DNA of 64,000 bases from Macrostomum lignano (Eukaryota): the NCBI GenBank assembly GCA_002269645.1, contig NIVC01000615.1:1-64000 (forward strand), read 5' to 3'. The notes beneath the pieces were generated by a model, which saw only the letters and a list, made by a program, of their open reading frames with translations, ran no database searches and had not been told where the DNA came from. Numbering within the stretch: the stretch's first letter is position 1; the number at the start of each line of letters is the position of its first letter. Of the stretch, positions 1-14,313 are shown in pieces. The translations under genes were made by a program, and so were the position numbers.

Positions 1-1228
1 TGTTTTTGTTTGTTTGTCTGTTGTTTGTTTGTTTGTTTGTCTGTTTGTTTGTAGGATATCTCCTCCTAGACTACGTGCAACTCAGCGTTGAAACTTATAT
101 GGGAATACTGCAAATTTTCCGGAATCGGCTTTAGGCTGTTTTAATCTTTCATTTTTAATTTTAAGATCCCTAAAAAAGCAGAAATCTGATTTCCTAACCT
201 TCTCTGGACACTTTTTCTGCTCGGAGCTGAAAATTGGCATAAATTTTGAGTGATTACGCCACAACTTTTTCCTATGTCGCCAGTGCATTTTCTCTCCTGT
301 GGGGAATGGGCGCGTTCTCATTGGCGGCGTGTGTACAATCGGACCCTGGCTCACTGGCTGACTTTATAGACAATTGCGCAACTATTTGTGTTCTGTTTTT
401 TAACAGGAAGCCCTGTGTATTTTTTGCACAGTGAAATTCAGTGCATTTTAATGCATAAACTCGCGAGCATCTTTAGCAGGCAGTGAAGGTACACTCGATA
501 TTTCAATGCTTAAAATCAGAAAGTTTCAAACGCTAACTGTTGCTCGATTTTTTAACTTTGAGAGACGAGACTTTTATTGCTGGAAAGAGCTTGCAGCGCT
601 GAGTTCGGGGATATAAGTTTTTTGCTTTAAATATGAAAATTAAATTCACAGCATTCAAGAAAAGATTTTCATACTTTTAGCTTTCTGCAAAGATTGTTCT
701 CATTTTGGAGTTCAATGGGGGTTCGACCGACCCCCCAATAGTTGGTGGGGGGGGTTCAATTTCTAGCTGCACTGCGTATTGGAAGGGGGGTCGGTTGCTG
801 TGTATTTGAGGGTTGATTTAGATTGCGCAATCTTTGTGTTAACTTTAACTGAGGCTGATACTGACTGCCTGAGAAATAAGTTGCGCAATTTAATTGGTTC
901 AATGTTTTTACGGCGCCTTTCAACACGCAGCTGTGTGTAGCTCTAACCCTAACCCTAACCCTAACCAATGAATTCTGAGAGCTAGGCTGTTTGACGTAGA
1001 AATTTCGATTTAGTCCAGTTTCACGGAGAGGATTTCTATTTCGCGGAGAATATTTCGATGGTGTTCAGTTTCACGGAGAGGATTTCGATAGTGTTCAGTT
1101 TCACGGAGACGATTTCTGTTGCGCGGAGAGGTGTTGGAAAATGGGATTCCGCTGATGGAGTTCAGGGAATGGAATTCCGCTGATTGGAGTTCTTCCCCTT
1201 TCTTCTCCGAAGGAGGAGTTGGCCTCGT
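1..1228 (+). mobile_element. Family-A unit 1 (short type, 5' end just outside window)
   Basis: Microsatellite 1-50; CCCTAA tract 944-966; 30-bp GAGAGGATTTCG minisatellite; no GA tract; ends hairpin-TTGGCCTCGT. Confidence 0.75.
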
Positions 1229-3432
1229 ATATACTAAAGTTGACGCGTTGTTTGTCTGTCTGTATGTCAGTTCGATAACTCCTCCTAGAATACTTGCAAC
1301 TCAGCGTTGAAACTTATATGGGAAAACTGCAAATTTTCCGAGGATGGCTTTAGGCTATTTTAATCTTTCATTTTCAATTTTTAAGATCCCTAAAAAAGCA
1401 GAAAACGGCGGTCTTGACCTTTGATAATCTTAATTGTCCCCTCTTTCTGCTCGGAGCTGAAAATTGGCATAAATTTTGAGTGATTACGCCACAACTTTTT
1501 CCTATGTCGCCAGTGCATTTTCTCTCCTGTGGGGGAATGGGCGCGTTCTCATTGGCGGCGTGTGTACAATTGGACCCTGGCTCACTGGCTGACTTTATAG
1601 ATAATTGCGCAATGATATGGCTACTGATAAGTTTTCCTGCCTATCAATGGGCAGTCCTGTGTATTTGTTGGACATTGAAATTCAATGCATCAACTTGCAA
1701 GCAGGCAGTGAACGTACACTCGATACTTCAATGCTATAAATCAGACAGTTTCAAACGCTAACTGTTCCTCGAGTTTTAAACTTTGAGAGGAGAAACTTAT
1801 ATTGCTGGCAAGATCTTGCAACGCTGAGTTCGGGGATATAAGTTGTTTGCTTTAACTATGAAAAGAAAAAGCACAGCATTTGGAAAACTATTTCCATACT
1901 TTTAACTTTTTGCAAATATTGTACTCAGTTTTGCAAGACGTAATAGATAAAGTTGGGGGGAGGGTTCAACTTCTCACTACAGCTGTGGATTGGAGGGTTG
2001 ATTTAGATTGCGCAATCTTTTGTTAACTTTACCTGAGGCTGATACTGACTGACTGTGAAATCGGTTGCGCAATGAATTGATTCAATTAGTTCAATATTTT
2101 TATCTGTGCCTTTTAACACGAAGCTGTGCGTAGTTCTAACCCTAACCCTAACCCTAACCCTAATGAATCTGGCGAGTTGAGTTGTTTGACGGAAAAAATT
2201 CGATTAAGTCAAGTTTAGCGGAGACGATTTCAATGTTTAAATTCTGACGGAGAAGATTTCTGTTTCGTGGAGAGGATTTCGATGATGTTCAGTTTCACGA
2301 AAGGATTTCCATGGTGTTCAGTTTCACGGAGAGGATTTCGATCATGTTCAGCTTCACGGAGAGGCTTTCTGTTTCGCTGAGATAATTTATGATTGATTTC
2401 TGTTTTATGGAAACAATTTTGATGGATTCAGTTTCAAGGAGAGGATTTCGAAGGAGTCCAGTTTCACTGAGAGGATTTCGATGGTTTTTAGTTGCACAGA
2501 CAGGATTTTTGCTTCGCGGAGAGGATTTGATGGATTTGGCATCTTCAATCAGTCAGAGAAGAGAGTAAAGAGAAGACTGAAAAGAGAAGAGAGAAGAGAT
2601 GATAGAAAACAGAGTAAAATTGAGTGGAGAGATTAGACATGACAGATTGGAGATGATAGGAGAGAGAATAGATGAGGGATAAGAGCGTACAGAGGCAATA
2701 GAAGAGAGGGGAGAGTAGAGGAGAAAGAAAGAGTGAGATGAGGAGATGAGGAGATGAGGGATGAGAGAGGAGGGGAGAGAGGAGACAGGAGAGAGTACAG
2801 ACGAAAGACTAGGGAGAAGATATAAATAAGGTAGTAAAGATGAGAGGAGAGAGAGGAGAGAGAAGCGAAAGGAGAAGAGAGTGAGGAGAGAGGAGAGAGA
2901 TGAAAGGAGCAAGGAAAGGAGAAAAGAGAGAATGGAGAGAATAGAAAAGAGAGAAGAGAAGAGACAGGGGATAGTGAAAAGGAGGAAGAAAGATGGGAGA
3001 CAAGAAAGTAGTGTCAGAGCGTATATGAAATATGAGAAATGAGAGCAGAGAGAAGAGAAAAGAGAAGAGAGAGAGAGGGTTAAGAGAGACGATAGATAAG
3101 TGAGTAGAGATGACATATGAGAGAGGAGAGAAGAGGGAGAGATAAGAGTGAAGAGAGGAGACAGAAGACAGGAGAAGGTACAGACGAAAGACGAGGGAGA
3201 AGAGATAAATAAGGGAGCAGGGGTAGAGATGAGATGAGAGAGAGGAGAGAGGAGATATGAGAGACTTGAGAGTCTTTGAGCTATGGTCTTTGAAAGATTT
3301 TGTAAAGAATTTGGAGACGATTTGGAAGATAGGGTTAAAGACATGGAATTTCAGTTGATGGATATTTCAGGAATAGAATTCCGGTGATGGGAGTTCTTCC
3401 CCTTTCTCCTCCGAAGGAGGAGTTCCACTCGT
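1229..3432 (+). mobile_element. Family-A unit 2 (long type)
   Basis: ATACTAAAG at 1231; CCCTAA tract 2137-2163; purine (GA) tract ~2555-3270; ends hairpin-TTCCACTCGT. Confidence 0.75.
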
Positions 3433-6229
3433 ATATACTAAAGTTGACGTTGTTGTGTCTGTCTGTCTGTGTGTCTGTCATTTCGACAACTCCTCCTTGA
3501 ATAGTGGCAACTCAGCGTTGAAACTTATATGGGAAGATTGGAAATTATCCGAGGTCGGCTATAGGCTATTTTAATTCTGAAATTTTAATTTCTAAAATCC
3601 TCAAAAAAGCAGAAAACGGCGGTCTTGACCTTTGATAATCTTAATTGTCCCCTCTTTCTGCTTGGAGCTGAAAATTTGCATGAATTTCAAGTGATTGCGC
3701 CACAACTTTTCCCTATCTCTGCAGTGTATTTTCTCTCCAGTGGGGGATGGGGCGTTCTAAATGGCTGCCTGTGTACAATCGGACCCTGGCTCACTGGCTG
3801 ACTGTATAGACAATTGCGCAAAGATTTGTGTTCTAATTTTCAATAGGCAGCCCTGTGATTTTGTTGAACGTTGAAATTCAATGCATAAACTTGCGGGCCT
3901 CTTTAGCAGGCAGTGAACGTACAATCGATATTTCAATGCTTTAAATCAGAAAGTTTCAAACGCAAACTGTTGCTCGAGTTTTTAACTTTGAGAGAAAAAA
4001 TTTATATTGCTGGAAAGAACTTGCAAAGCTGATTTCAGGGATATAAATTGTTTGCTTCAAATATGAAAACTAAAAGCTCTGCATTGCAAAAACTATTTCC
4101 ATACTTTAAACTTTCTGCAAAGATTGTACTCATTTTGGCGAGAGGTGAGAGATAAAGTTGGGGGTTTCGACTTCCAACTGGCGCTGTGTATAGGAAGGGG
4201 GTCAGTTGCTTTGTATTGGAGGGTTGATTTAGATTGCGCAATGTTTTTGTTAACTTTAACTGAGACTGATACTGACTGACTGTGAAATCGGTTGCGCAAT
4301 GAATTGATTCAATTAGTTCAATAGTTTATCAGTGCCTTTTAACACGAAGCTGTGCGTAGTTCTAACCCTAACCCTAACCCTAACCAATGAATCCGGAGAG
4401 TTGAGTTGTTTGACGGAAAAAATTGATTGAGTCCAGTTTAGCGGAGACGATTTCAATGTTTTAATTTTGACAAAGAGGATTTCTGTTTCGTGGAGAGGAT
4501 TTCGATGGTGCTCAGTTTCACGGAGAGGATTTTGATGATGTTCAGCTTCACGGAGAGGATTTCTGTTTCGCGGAGTTAAATTTATGATTGATTTCTGCTT
4601 TATGGAGACGATTTTGATAGATTTAAGTTTCAAGGAGAGGATTTCGAAGGTGTTCAGTTTCACGGAGAGGATTTCGAAGGTGTTCAGTTTCACGGAGAGG
4701 ATTTCGAAGGTGTTCAGTTTCACGGAGAGGATTTCGATGATGTTCAGCTTCACGGAGAGGATTTCTGTTTCGCGGAGATAATTTATGATTGATTTCTGTT
4801 TTATGGAGACGATTTTGATGGATTTAAGTTTCAAGGAGAGGATTTCGAAGGAGTCCAGTTTCACGGAGAGGATTTCGATGGTTTTCAGTTGCACGGACAG
4901 GATTTCTGCTTCGCGGAGAGGATCTTGATGGATTTGGCATCTTCAATCAGTCAGAGAAGAGAGTAAAGAGAAGAATGAAAAGAGAAGAGAGATGAGATGA
5001 TAGAAAACAGAGTAGAAATGAGTGGAGAGATTAGACATGACAGATGGGAGAGAAGAGGAAAGTAAGGCGGGAACGAAGGAGAGAGAAGAGAAGAGGAGAG
5101 AGGAGATGAAGGGAGAGGATATGAGAGAGGAGATATGAGATTGCAGAGAGGAGACAGGATGGAGAAGAAAGGAGGGACAAGAGCGTACAGAGGCAATAGA
5201 AGAGAGGAAAGAGAGGAGAGAGGTGAGAGGTGAGAGGAGAGAGATGAAAGATCAGAGATCAGAGATTTAAGAGAAGAAAGTAGTGAGGAGAAAGAAGAGG
5301 GTAAAGATGAGAGTGCAGAGAGGAGAGAAACGAGAGGAGACAGGTGGTAGAAAGGAGTGTAAAAACAGCAGATAAGAAAGGGGAGGGTGAGAGTGAGAGC
5401 ATATAGGAAAGTGTAAAAGGGGAGCAGAGGAGAGAGAATATATAAGTGAGTAGAGAAGAGATATGAGAGAGGAAAGACGAGGGGAGAGAGGAGACAGGAG
5501 AGAGTAAATTTGAAAGACCTGGGAGAAGAGATAAAAAAGATAGTACAGATGAGAGGAGAGAGAGAGAGGAGAGATGAGAGATGCAATGAGAAAAGAGATG
5601 AGTGAGAAAATAAGAGAGAGAAGAGATTAGAGATTAGAGAAGAGATGAGGGGAGATGAGAGTAGAGAAGAGAGAATGGAGAGGAGAGAAAAGAGAAGAGA
5701 GGAGACAGGTGATGCAGTAGAAAGGAGGGAAGAAAGATGGGAGATAAGAAAGGAGAGGGTGAGAGCGTATAAGAGATACGAGAAATGAGAGCAGAGAGAA
5801 GAGAGAAAAAAGAAGAGAGAAAGTAGAGCGGAGACGATAGATAAGTGATTAGAGATTAGATATGAGAGAGGAGAGAAAAGGGGAGAGATAAGATAGAAGA
5901 TAGGAGAGTAGACAGGATAGGGTACAGACGAAAGACGAGGGAGAAGAGATAAATAAGGGAGTAGAGATAAATAAGAGAGTAGGGGTAGAGATGAGATGAG
6001 AGAGAGGAGAGAGAAGCGAGTCACGATAATAGCGAAGAGAGGAGAGAGTAGATATGAGAGACGTAAGAGTCTTTGAGCTATGGTCTTTGAAAGATTTTGT
6101 AAAGAATTTGGAGACGATTTGGAAGATAGGGTTAAAGACATGGAATTTCAGTTGATGGATATTTCAGGGAATAGAATTCCGGTGATGGAGTTCTTCCCCT
6201 TTCTCCTCCGAAGGAGGAGTTCCACTCGT
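3433..6229 (+). mobile_element. Family-A unit 3 (long type)
   Basis: CCCTAA tract 4363-4385; expanded 30-bp minisatellite ~4440-4920; GA tract ~4950-6060; terminal hairpin 6203-6219, then CTCGT. Confidence 0.75.
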
Positions 6230-7463
6230 CTTAATACTAAAGTGCGTTGTTTGTCTGTGTGTGTGTGTGTTTGTTGGATAACTCCTCCTAGAATACTTGC
6301 AAGTCAGCGTTGAAACTTATGTGGGAAAACTGCAAATTTTCCGAGGATGGCTTTAGGCTATTTTAATCTTTTATTTTCAATTTTTAAGATCCCTAAAAAA
6401 GCAGAAAACGGCGGTCTTGACCTTTGATAATCTTAATTGTCCCCTCTTTCTGCTCGGAGCTGAAAATTGGCATGAATTTTGAGTGATTACGCCACAACTT
6501 TTTCCTATGTCGCCAGTGCATTTTCTCTCCTGTGGGGGAATGGGCGCGTTCTCATTGGCGGCGTGTGTACAATCGGACCCTGGCTCACTGGCTGACTTTA
6601 TAGACAATTGCGCAACTATTTGTGTTCTGTTTTTTAACAGGAAGCCCTGTGTATTTTTTGCACAGTGAAATTCAGTGCATTTTAATGCATAAACTTGCGA
6701 GCATCTTTAGCAGGCAGTGAAGTACACTCGATATTTCAATGCTTAAAATCAGAAAGTTTCAAACACTAACTGTTGCTCGAGTTTTGAACTTAGAGAGGAG
6801 AGACTTATATTGCTGGAAAGATCTTGCTGCGATGAGTTCGGGGATATAAGTTTTTTGCTTTAAATATGAAAATTAAATTCACAGCATTCAAGAAAAGATT
6901 TTCATACTTTTAGCTTTCTGCAAAGATTTTGCTCATTTTGGAGTTCAATGGGGGTTCGACCGACCCCCCCCAATAGTTAGTAGGGGGGGGTTCAATTTCT
7001 AGCTGCACTGCGTATTGGAAGGGGGTCGGTTGCTGTGTATTGGAGGGCTGATTTAGATTGCGCAATCTTTTTGTTAACTTTAACCGACGCTGATACTGAC
7101 TGCCTGAGAAATAAGTTGCGCAATTTAATTGGTTCAATGTTTTTACGGCGCCTTTCAACACGCAGCTGTGTGTAGCTCTAACCCTAACCCTAACCCTAAC
7201 CAATGAATTCTGAGAGCTGGGCTGTTTGACGGAGAAATTTCGATTTAGTCCAGTTTCACGGAGAGGATTTCTATTTCGCGGAGAATATTTCGATGGTGTT
7301 CAGTTTCACGGAGAGGATTTCGATAGTGTTCAGTTTCACGGAGACGATTTCTGTTGCGCGGAGAGGTGTTGGAAAATGGGATTCCGCTGATGGAGTTCAG
7401 GGAATGGAATTCCGCTGATTGGAGTTCTTCCCCTTTCTTCTCCGAAGGAGGAGTTGGCCTCGT
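6230..7463 (+). mobile_element. Family-A unit 4 (short type, near-copy of unit 1)
   Basis: CCCTAA tract 7179-7201; no GA tract; ends TTGGCCTCGT. Confidence 0.75.
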
Positions 7464-9879
7464 CTATATATACTAAAGTTGACGTGTTGTTTGTCTGTCT
7501 GTCTGTGTGTGTGTGTGTGTGTGTCATTTCGACAACTCCTCCTTGAATAGTGGCAACTCAGCGTTGAAACTTATATGGGAAGATTGGAAATTATCCGAGG
7601 TCGGCTATAGGCTATTTTAATTCTGAAATTTTAATTTCTAAGATCCTCAAAAAAGCAGAAAACGGCGGTCTTGACCTTTGATAATCTTAATTGTCCCCTC
7701 TTTCTGCTTGGAGCTGAAAATTTGCATGAATTTCAAGTGATTGCGCCACAACTTTTCCCTATCTCTGCAGTGTATTTTCTCTCCAGTGGGGGGATGGGGC
7801 GTTCTAAATGGCTGCCTGTGTACAATCGGACCCTGGCTCACTGGCTGACTGTATAGACAATTGCGCAAAGATTTGTGTTCTAATTTTCAATAGGCAGCCC
7901 TGTGATTTTGTTGAACCTTGAAATTCAATGCATAAACTTGCGGGCCTCTTTAGCAGGCAGTGAACGTACAATCGATATTTCAATGCTTTAAATCAGAAAG
8001 TTTCAAACGCAAACTGTTGCTCGAGTTTTTAACTTTGAGAGAAAAAATTTATATTGCTGGAAAGAACTTGCAAAGCTGATTTCAGGGATATAAATTGTTT
8101 GCTTCAAATATGAAAACTAAAAGCTCTGCATTGCAAAAACTATTTCCATACTTTAAACTTTCTGCAAAGATTGTACTCATTTTGGCGAGAGGTGAGAGAT
8201 AAAGTTGGGGGTTTCGACTTCTAACTGGCGCTGTGTATAGGAAGGGGGTCAGTTGCTTTGTATTGGAGGGTTGATTAGATTGCGCAAACTTTTTGTTAAC
8301 TTTAACTGAGACTTATACTGACTAACACAGAAATATATTGCGCAATCAATTGATTCAATTGGTTAGCTTTTTTATTATCGGCCCTGTGTATTAGCTTGGC
8401 AGTGAAATTCAATGTACAAAATTGCGAGCCTCTCAGGCAAGCAGTCGGGAAATCGGTAAATTTCAAACGCTAACTGCTCCTTGAGTTTTAAACTTTGAGA
8501 GGAGAGACTTATATTGCTGGAAAGATCTTGCAACGCTGAGTTTAGGGATATAAGTTGTTTGCTTTAAATATGAAAAGAAAAAGCACCGCATTTAAAAAAC
8601 TATTTCCATACTTTTAACTTTCTGCAAAAATTGTACTCAGTTTTGCGAGACGTAATAGATAAAGTTGGGGAGGGTTCAACTTCTCACTGCTGCTGTGTAT
8701 TGGAGGGTTGATTTAGATTGCGCAATGTTTTTGTTAACTTTAACTGAGACTGATACTGACTGACTGTGAAATCGGTTGCGCAATGATTTGATTCAATTAA
8801 TTCAATATTTTTATCAGTGCCTTTTAACACGAAGCTGTGCGTAGTTCTAACCCTAACCCTAACCCTAACCTTAACCCTAGCCCTAATGAATCTGGCGAGT
8901 TGAGTTGTTTGACGGAAAAAATTCGATTAAGTCAAGTTTAGCGGAGACGATTTCAATGTTTAAATTCTGACGGAGAAGATTTCTGTTTCGTGGAGAGGAT
9001 TTCGATGATGTTCAGTTTCACGAAAGGATTTCCATGGTCTTCAGTTTCACGGAGAGGATTTCGATCATGTTCAGCTTCACGGAGAGGCTTTTTGTTTCGC
9101 TGAGATAATTTATGATTGATTTCTGTTTTATGGAAACAATTTTGATGGATTCAGGTTTCAAGGAGAGGATTTCGAAGGAGTCCAGTTTCACGGAGAGGAT
9201 TTCGATGGTTTTCAGTTGCACGAACAGGATTTCTGCTTCGCGGAGAGGATCTTGATGTATTTGGCATCTTCAATCAGTCAGAGAATAGAGTAAGGAAAAG
9301 AATGAAAAGAGAAGAGAGATGAGATGATAGAAAACAGAGTAGAAATGAGTGGAGAGATTAGACATGCCAGATGGGAGAGAAGAGGGGAGTAAGGCGGGAA
9401 CGAAGGAGAGAGAAGAGAAAAGAAGAGAGGAGATGAGAGGGGAGATATAAGATAGCAAAGAGGAGACAGGAGAGATAAGAGGAGAGAGAAGAGAGGAGGG
9501 ATAAGAGCGTACAGAGGAAATAGAAGAGGAGAGAGTAGAGGAGAAAGAAAAAGAGTACAGATGAGAGATGAGAGAGAAGAGGAGAAAGGAGAAAGTAGAG
9601 ACGAAAGACGAGGGAGAAGAGATAGATAAAGGGAGTAGAGATGAGAAGAGAGAGAGGAGAGAGAAGAGAGTCAAGATAATAGCGAAGAGAGGAGAGAGGA
9701 GATATGAGAGACGTAAGAGTCTTTGAGCTATAGTCTTTGAAAGGTTTGTAAAGAATTTGGAGACGATTTGGAAGATAGGGTTCAAGACATGGAATTTCAG
9801 TTGATGGATATTTCAGGAAATGGAATTCCGGTGATGGGAGTTCTTCCCCTTTCTCCTCCGAAGGAGGAGTTCCACTCGT
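7464..9879 (+). mobile_element. Family-A unit 5 (long type, mosaic: unit-3-like head, unit-2-like middle)
   Basis: Two internal modules; CCCTAA tract 8848-8886; GA tract ~9280-9710. Confidence 0.75.
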
Positions 9880-12800
9880 TAATACTAAAGTTGACGTGTT
9901 GTTTGTCTGTATGTCTGTCTGTGTGTCTGTCATTTCGACAACTCCTCCTTGAATAGTGGCAACTCAGCGTTGAAACTTATATGGGAAGATTGGAAATTAT
10001 CCGAGGTCGGCTATAGGCTATTTTAATTCTGAAATTTTAATTTTTAAGATCCTCAAAAAAGCAGAAAACTCGAATCTTGACCTTTGATAATCTTAATTGT
10101 CCCCTCTTTCTGCTTGGAGCTGAAAATTTGCATGAATTTTAAGTGATTGCGCCATAACTTTTCCCTATCTCTGCAGTGTATTTTCTCTCCAGTGGGGGGA
10201 TGGGGCGTTCTAAATGGCTGCCTGTGTACAATCGGACCCTGGCTCACTGGCTGACTGTATAGATAATTGCGCAATGATATGCTACTGATAAGTTTTCCTG
10301 CCTCTCAATGGGCAGCCCTGTGTATTTGTTGGACATTTAAATTAGCAGGCAGTGAACGTACAATCGATATTTCAATGCTTTAAATCAGAAAGTTTCAAAC
10401 GCAAACTGTTGCTCGAGTTTTTAACTTTGAGAGAAAAAATTTATATTGCTGGAAAGAACTTGCAAAGCTGATTTCAGGGATATAAATTGTTTGCTTTAAA
10501 TATGAAAACTAAAAGCTCTGCATTGCAAAAACTATTTCCATACTTTAAACTTTCTGCAAAGATTGTACTCATTTTAGGATTTCAATGGCGTTCGACCGAC
10601 CCCCCAACAGTTAGGAGGTCGGTCGGTGTGTATTTGAGGGTTGATTTAGATTGCGCCATCTGTTTGTTAACTTTAACTGAAACTGATACTGACTAACACA
10701 GAAATATATTGCACAATCAATTGATTCAATTGGTTCATTTTTTATTATCAGCCCTGTGTATTAGTTTGGCAGTGAAATTCAATGAATAAACTTGCGAGCT
10801 TCTCTAGCAAGTAGTCGGGAAATTGGGAAATTACAAACGCTAACTGTTCCTCGAGTTTTAAACTTTGAGAGGAGAAACTTATATTGCTGGAAAGATCTTG
10901 CAACGCTGAGTTCGGGGATATAAGTTGTTTGCTTTAAATATAAAAAGAAAAAGCACAGCATTGAAAAAACTATTTCCATGCTTTTAACTTTCTGCAAAAA
11001 TTGTGCTCAGTTTTGCGAGACGTAATAGATAAAGTTGGGGGGAGGGTTCAACTTCTCACTGCTGCTGTGTATTGGAGGGTTGATTTAGATTGCGCAATGT
11101 TTTTGTTAACTTTAACTGAGACTGATACTGACTGACTGTGAAATCAGTTGCGCCATCAATTTGTTTTATTATCTGTGCCTTTCAATAGGCTGCCCTGTGT
11201 AATAGCCGGCCTGTGTAATGAATGAATCAACTTGCGAGCCTCTTTGGCAGGCAGTGAACGTACACTCGATATTTTAATGCTTTAAAACGGAAACTTTCAA
11301 ACGCTAACTGCTCTTCGAGTTCTAAACTTTAAGAGAAGAGACTTATACTGCTGAAAAGATCTTGCAACGCTGAGTTCGAGGATATAAATTGTTAGCTTTT
11401 AATATAAAGACTAAAAGAGCAGCATCAAAAAAACTATTTCCATACTTTTAGCTTTCTGCAAAGATTGTACTCATTTTTTGGTTCAATGCCCCCAACAGAT
11501 GGGGGTTCAATTTCTAACTGCCACAGCGTATTGAAAAGGGGTCGGTCTCTGTGTACTGGAGGGTTGATTTAAATTGCGCAATCTTTTGGTTAAATTTAAC
11601 TGAGACTGATACTGACTGACTGTGAAATCGGTTGCGCAATGAATTGATACAATTAGTTCAATATTTTTATCAGTGCCTTTTAACACGAAGCTGTGCGTAG
11701 TTCTAACCCTAACCCTAACCCTAACCCTAACCCTAACCCTAACCAATGAATCCGGAGAGTTGAGTTGTTTGACGGAAAAAATTCGATTGAGTCCAGTTTA
11801 GCGGAGACGATTTCAATGTTTTAATTTTGACGGAGAGGATTTCTGTTTCGTGGAGAGGATTTCGATGGTGTTCAGTTTCACGGAGAGGATTTCTGTTTCG
11901 CAGAGATAATTTATGACTGATTTCTGTTTTATGGAGACGATTTTGATGGATTTAAGTTTCAAGGAGAGGATTTCGAAGGAGTCCAGTTTCACGGAGAGGA
12001 TTTCGATGGTTTTCAGTTGCACCGACAGGATTTTTCTGCTACGCGGAGAGCATTTGGCATCTTCAATCAGTCAGAGAAAAGAGTAAAGAGAAGAATGAAA
12101 AGAGAAGAGAGATGAGATGATAGAAAACAGAGCAGAAATGAGTGGAGAGATTAGACATGACAGATAGGATAGAAGAGGGGAGTAAGGCGGGAACGAAGTA
12201 GAGAGAAGAGAAGAGGAGAGAGGAGATGAGAGGGGAGATATGAGATAGCAGAGGGAGACAAGAGAGATGATAGGAGAGAGAATAGAGATGTGAGATAAGA
12301 GCGTACAGAGGAAATAGAAGAGAGGGAGAGTAGAAGGGAAAGAAAGAGTCAGATGAGGGATGAGAGCTGAGAGAGGAGGGGAGAGAGAAGAGAGGAAAAA
12401 AGAGGGGAGAAATGAGACAAGAGAGAGTAGAGACGAAAGACCAGGGAGAAGATATAAATAAGGTAGTAGAGATGAGAAGAGAGAGAGGAGAGAGAGAAGC
12501 GAGAGGAGAAGAGAGAGAGGAGAGAGAAAAGAGATGAAAGATCAGAGATAAGAGAGTTAAGAGAGGAAAGTAGTGCGGAGAAGAGAGATGAGAGATGCTA
12601 TGAGAAAAGAGATGAGTGAGAACATAAGAGAAAAGAGATTAGAGTATAGAGAAGAGAGGGGATAAGATGAAAGGAGAAAGGAGAGGAGAGAAGAGGGAGA
12701 GATAAGAGAGAAGAGAGGAGACAGGAGACAGAAGTGAAGAGGAGAGACATGAGAGAAGAGAGGAGACAAGAGACAGGAGAAGGTACAGACGAAAGACGAG

Positions 12801-13079
12801 GGAGAAGAGATAAATAAGGGAGTAGGGGTAGAGATGAAATGAGAGAGAGGAGAGAGAAGAGAGTCACGATCACGATAATAGCGAACAGAGGAGAGAGGAG
12901 ATATGAGAGACGTGAGAGTCTTTGAGCTATGTTCTTTGAAAGGTTTTGTAAAGAATTTGGAGACGATTTGGAAGATAGGGTTCAAGACATGGAATTTCAG
13001 TTGATGGATATTTCAGGGAATGGAATTCCGGTGATGGGAGTTCTTCCCCTTTCTCCTCCGAAGGAGGAGTTCCACTCGT
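9880..13079 (+). mobile_element. Family-A unit 6 (longest, three internal modules)
   Basis: Internal module repeated at ~10345, ~10750 and ~11240; CCCTAA tract 11704-11744; GA tract ~12075-12910. Confidence 0.75.
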
Positions 13080-14313
13080 CCTAATACTAAAGTTGGTGCG
13101 ATGATTGTTTGTTTGTTTGTCTGTTTGTTTGTGTGTTGCATAACTCCTCCTAGAATACTTGCAAGTCAGCGTTGAAACTTATATGGGGAAACTGCAAATT
13201 TTCCGGGGACTGCAGTGGGCTATTTCAATTTTTTATTTTCACATTTTAAGATCCCTAAAAAAGCAGAAAACTGATTTCCTAACCTTCTCTGGACACTTTT
13301 TCTGCTCGGAGCCGAAAATTTGCATGATTTTGAGCGATTGCGCCACAACTTTCTCCTATCTCTGTAGTGTATTTTCTCTCCAGTGGGGGATGGTCGCGTT
13401 CTCAGTGGCGGCGTGTGTACACTTTTACCTTGGCGCACGGGCTGACTGACTATAGAAAATTGCGCAACGATGTTCTGATCAGAAAATATGTTCTGATTTT
13501 CAATAGGCAGCCCTGTGTATTTGTTGGACAGTAATTCAGTAAATTCAATGAATAAACTTGCGAGCATCTTTAGCACGCACTGAACGTAAACTCAATGCTT
13601 TAAATCGGGAAATTTCAAACGTTTACTGTTCCTCGAGTTTTTAACTTTGAGAGGAGAGACTTATATTGCTGGAAAGATCTTTCAATGCTGATTTCGGGGA
13701 TATAAATTGTTTGCTTTAAATATGAAAACTAAATGCTCTGCATTGGAAAAACTATTTCCATACTTTTAACTTTTTGCAAAGATTGTACTCATTTTAGGAG
13801 TTCAATGGTGTTCGACTGACCCCCCAACAGTTGGGGGGTTCAATTTCTAATTGCCACTGCGTATTGGAAGGGGGTCGGTCGCTGTGTATTGGAGGGTTGA
13901 TTTAGATTGCGCAATATTTTTGTTAACTTTAACTGAGACTGATACTGACTGACTTAGAAATACGAGCGTAAATTGCGAAATCTTTTGATTCAAATATCTC
14001 ATTTTTTATCGGACCTTTTCAACACGCAGCTCTGTGCAGCTCCAACCCTAACCCTAACCCTAACCACCGAATCCTGAGAGTTTAGTTGTTTGACGGAGAA
14101 ACTTTCGATTGGGTCCAGTTTCACGTAGAGGATTTTTGTTTCGCGGAGAGGATTTCGATCGTGTTCAGTTTCACAGAGAGGATTTTGATGGATTTGGAGA
14201 ACAGTTAGATAATGGGATTCGGGTCTTGGGATTCAGCTGATGGAGTTCAGGGAATGGAATTCCGGTGATGGGAGTTCTTCCCCTTTCTCCTCCAGAGGAG
14301 GAGTTGGCCTCGT
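13080..14313 (+). mobile_element. Family-A unit 7 (short type, diverged)
   Basis: CCCTAA tract 14044-14065; no GA tract; hairpin loop AGA; ends TTGGCCTCGT. Confidence 0.75.
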
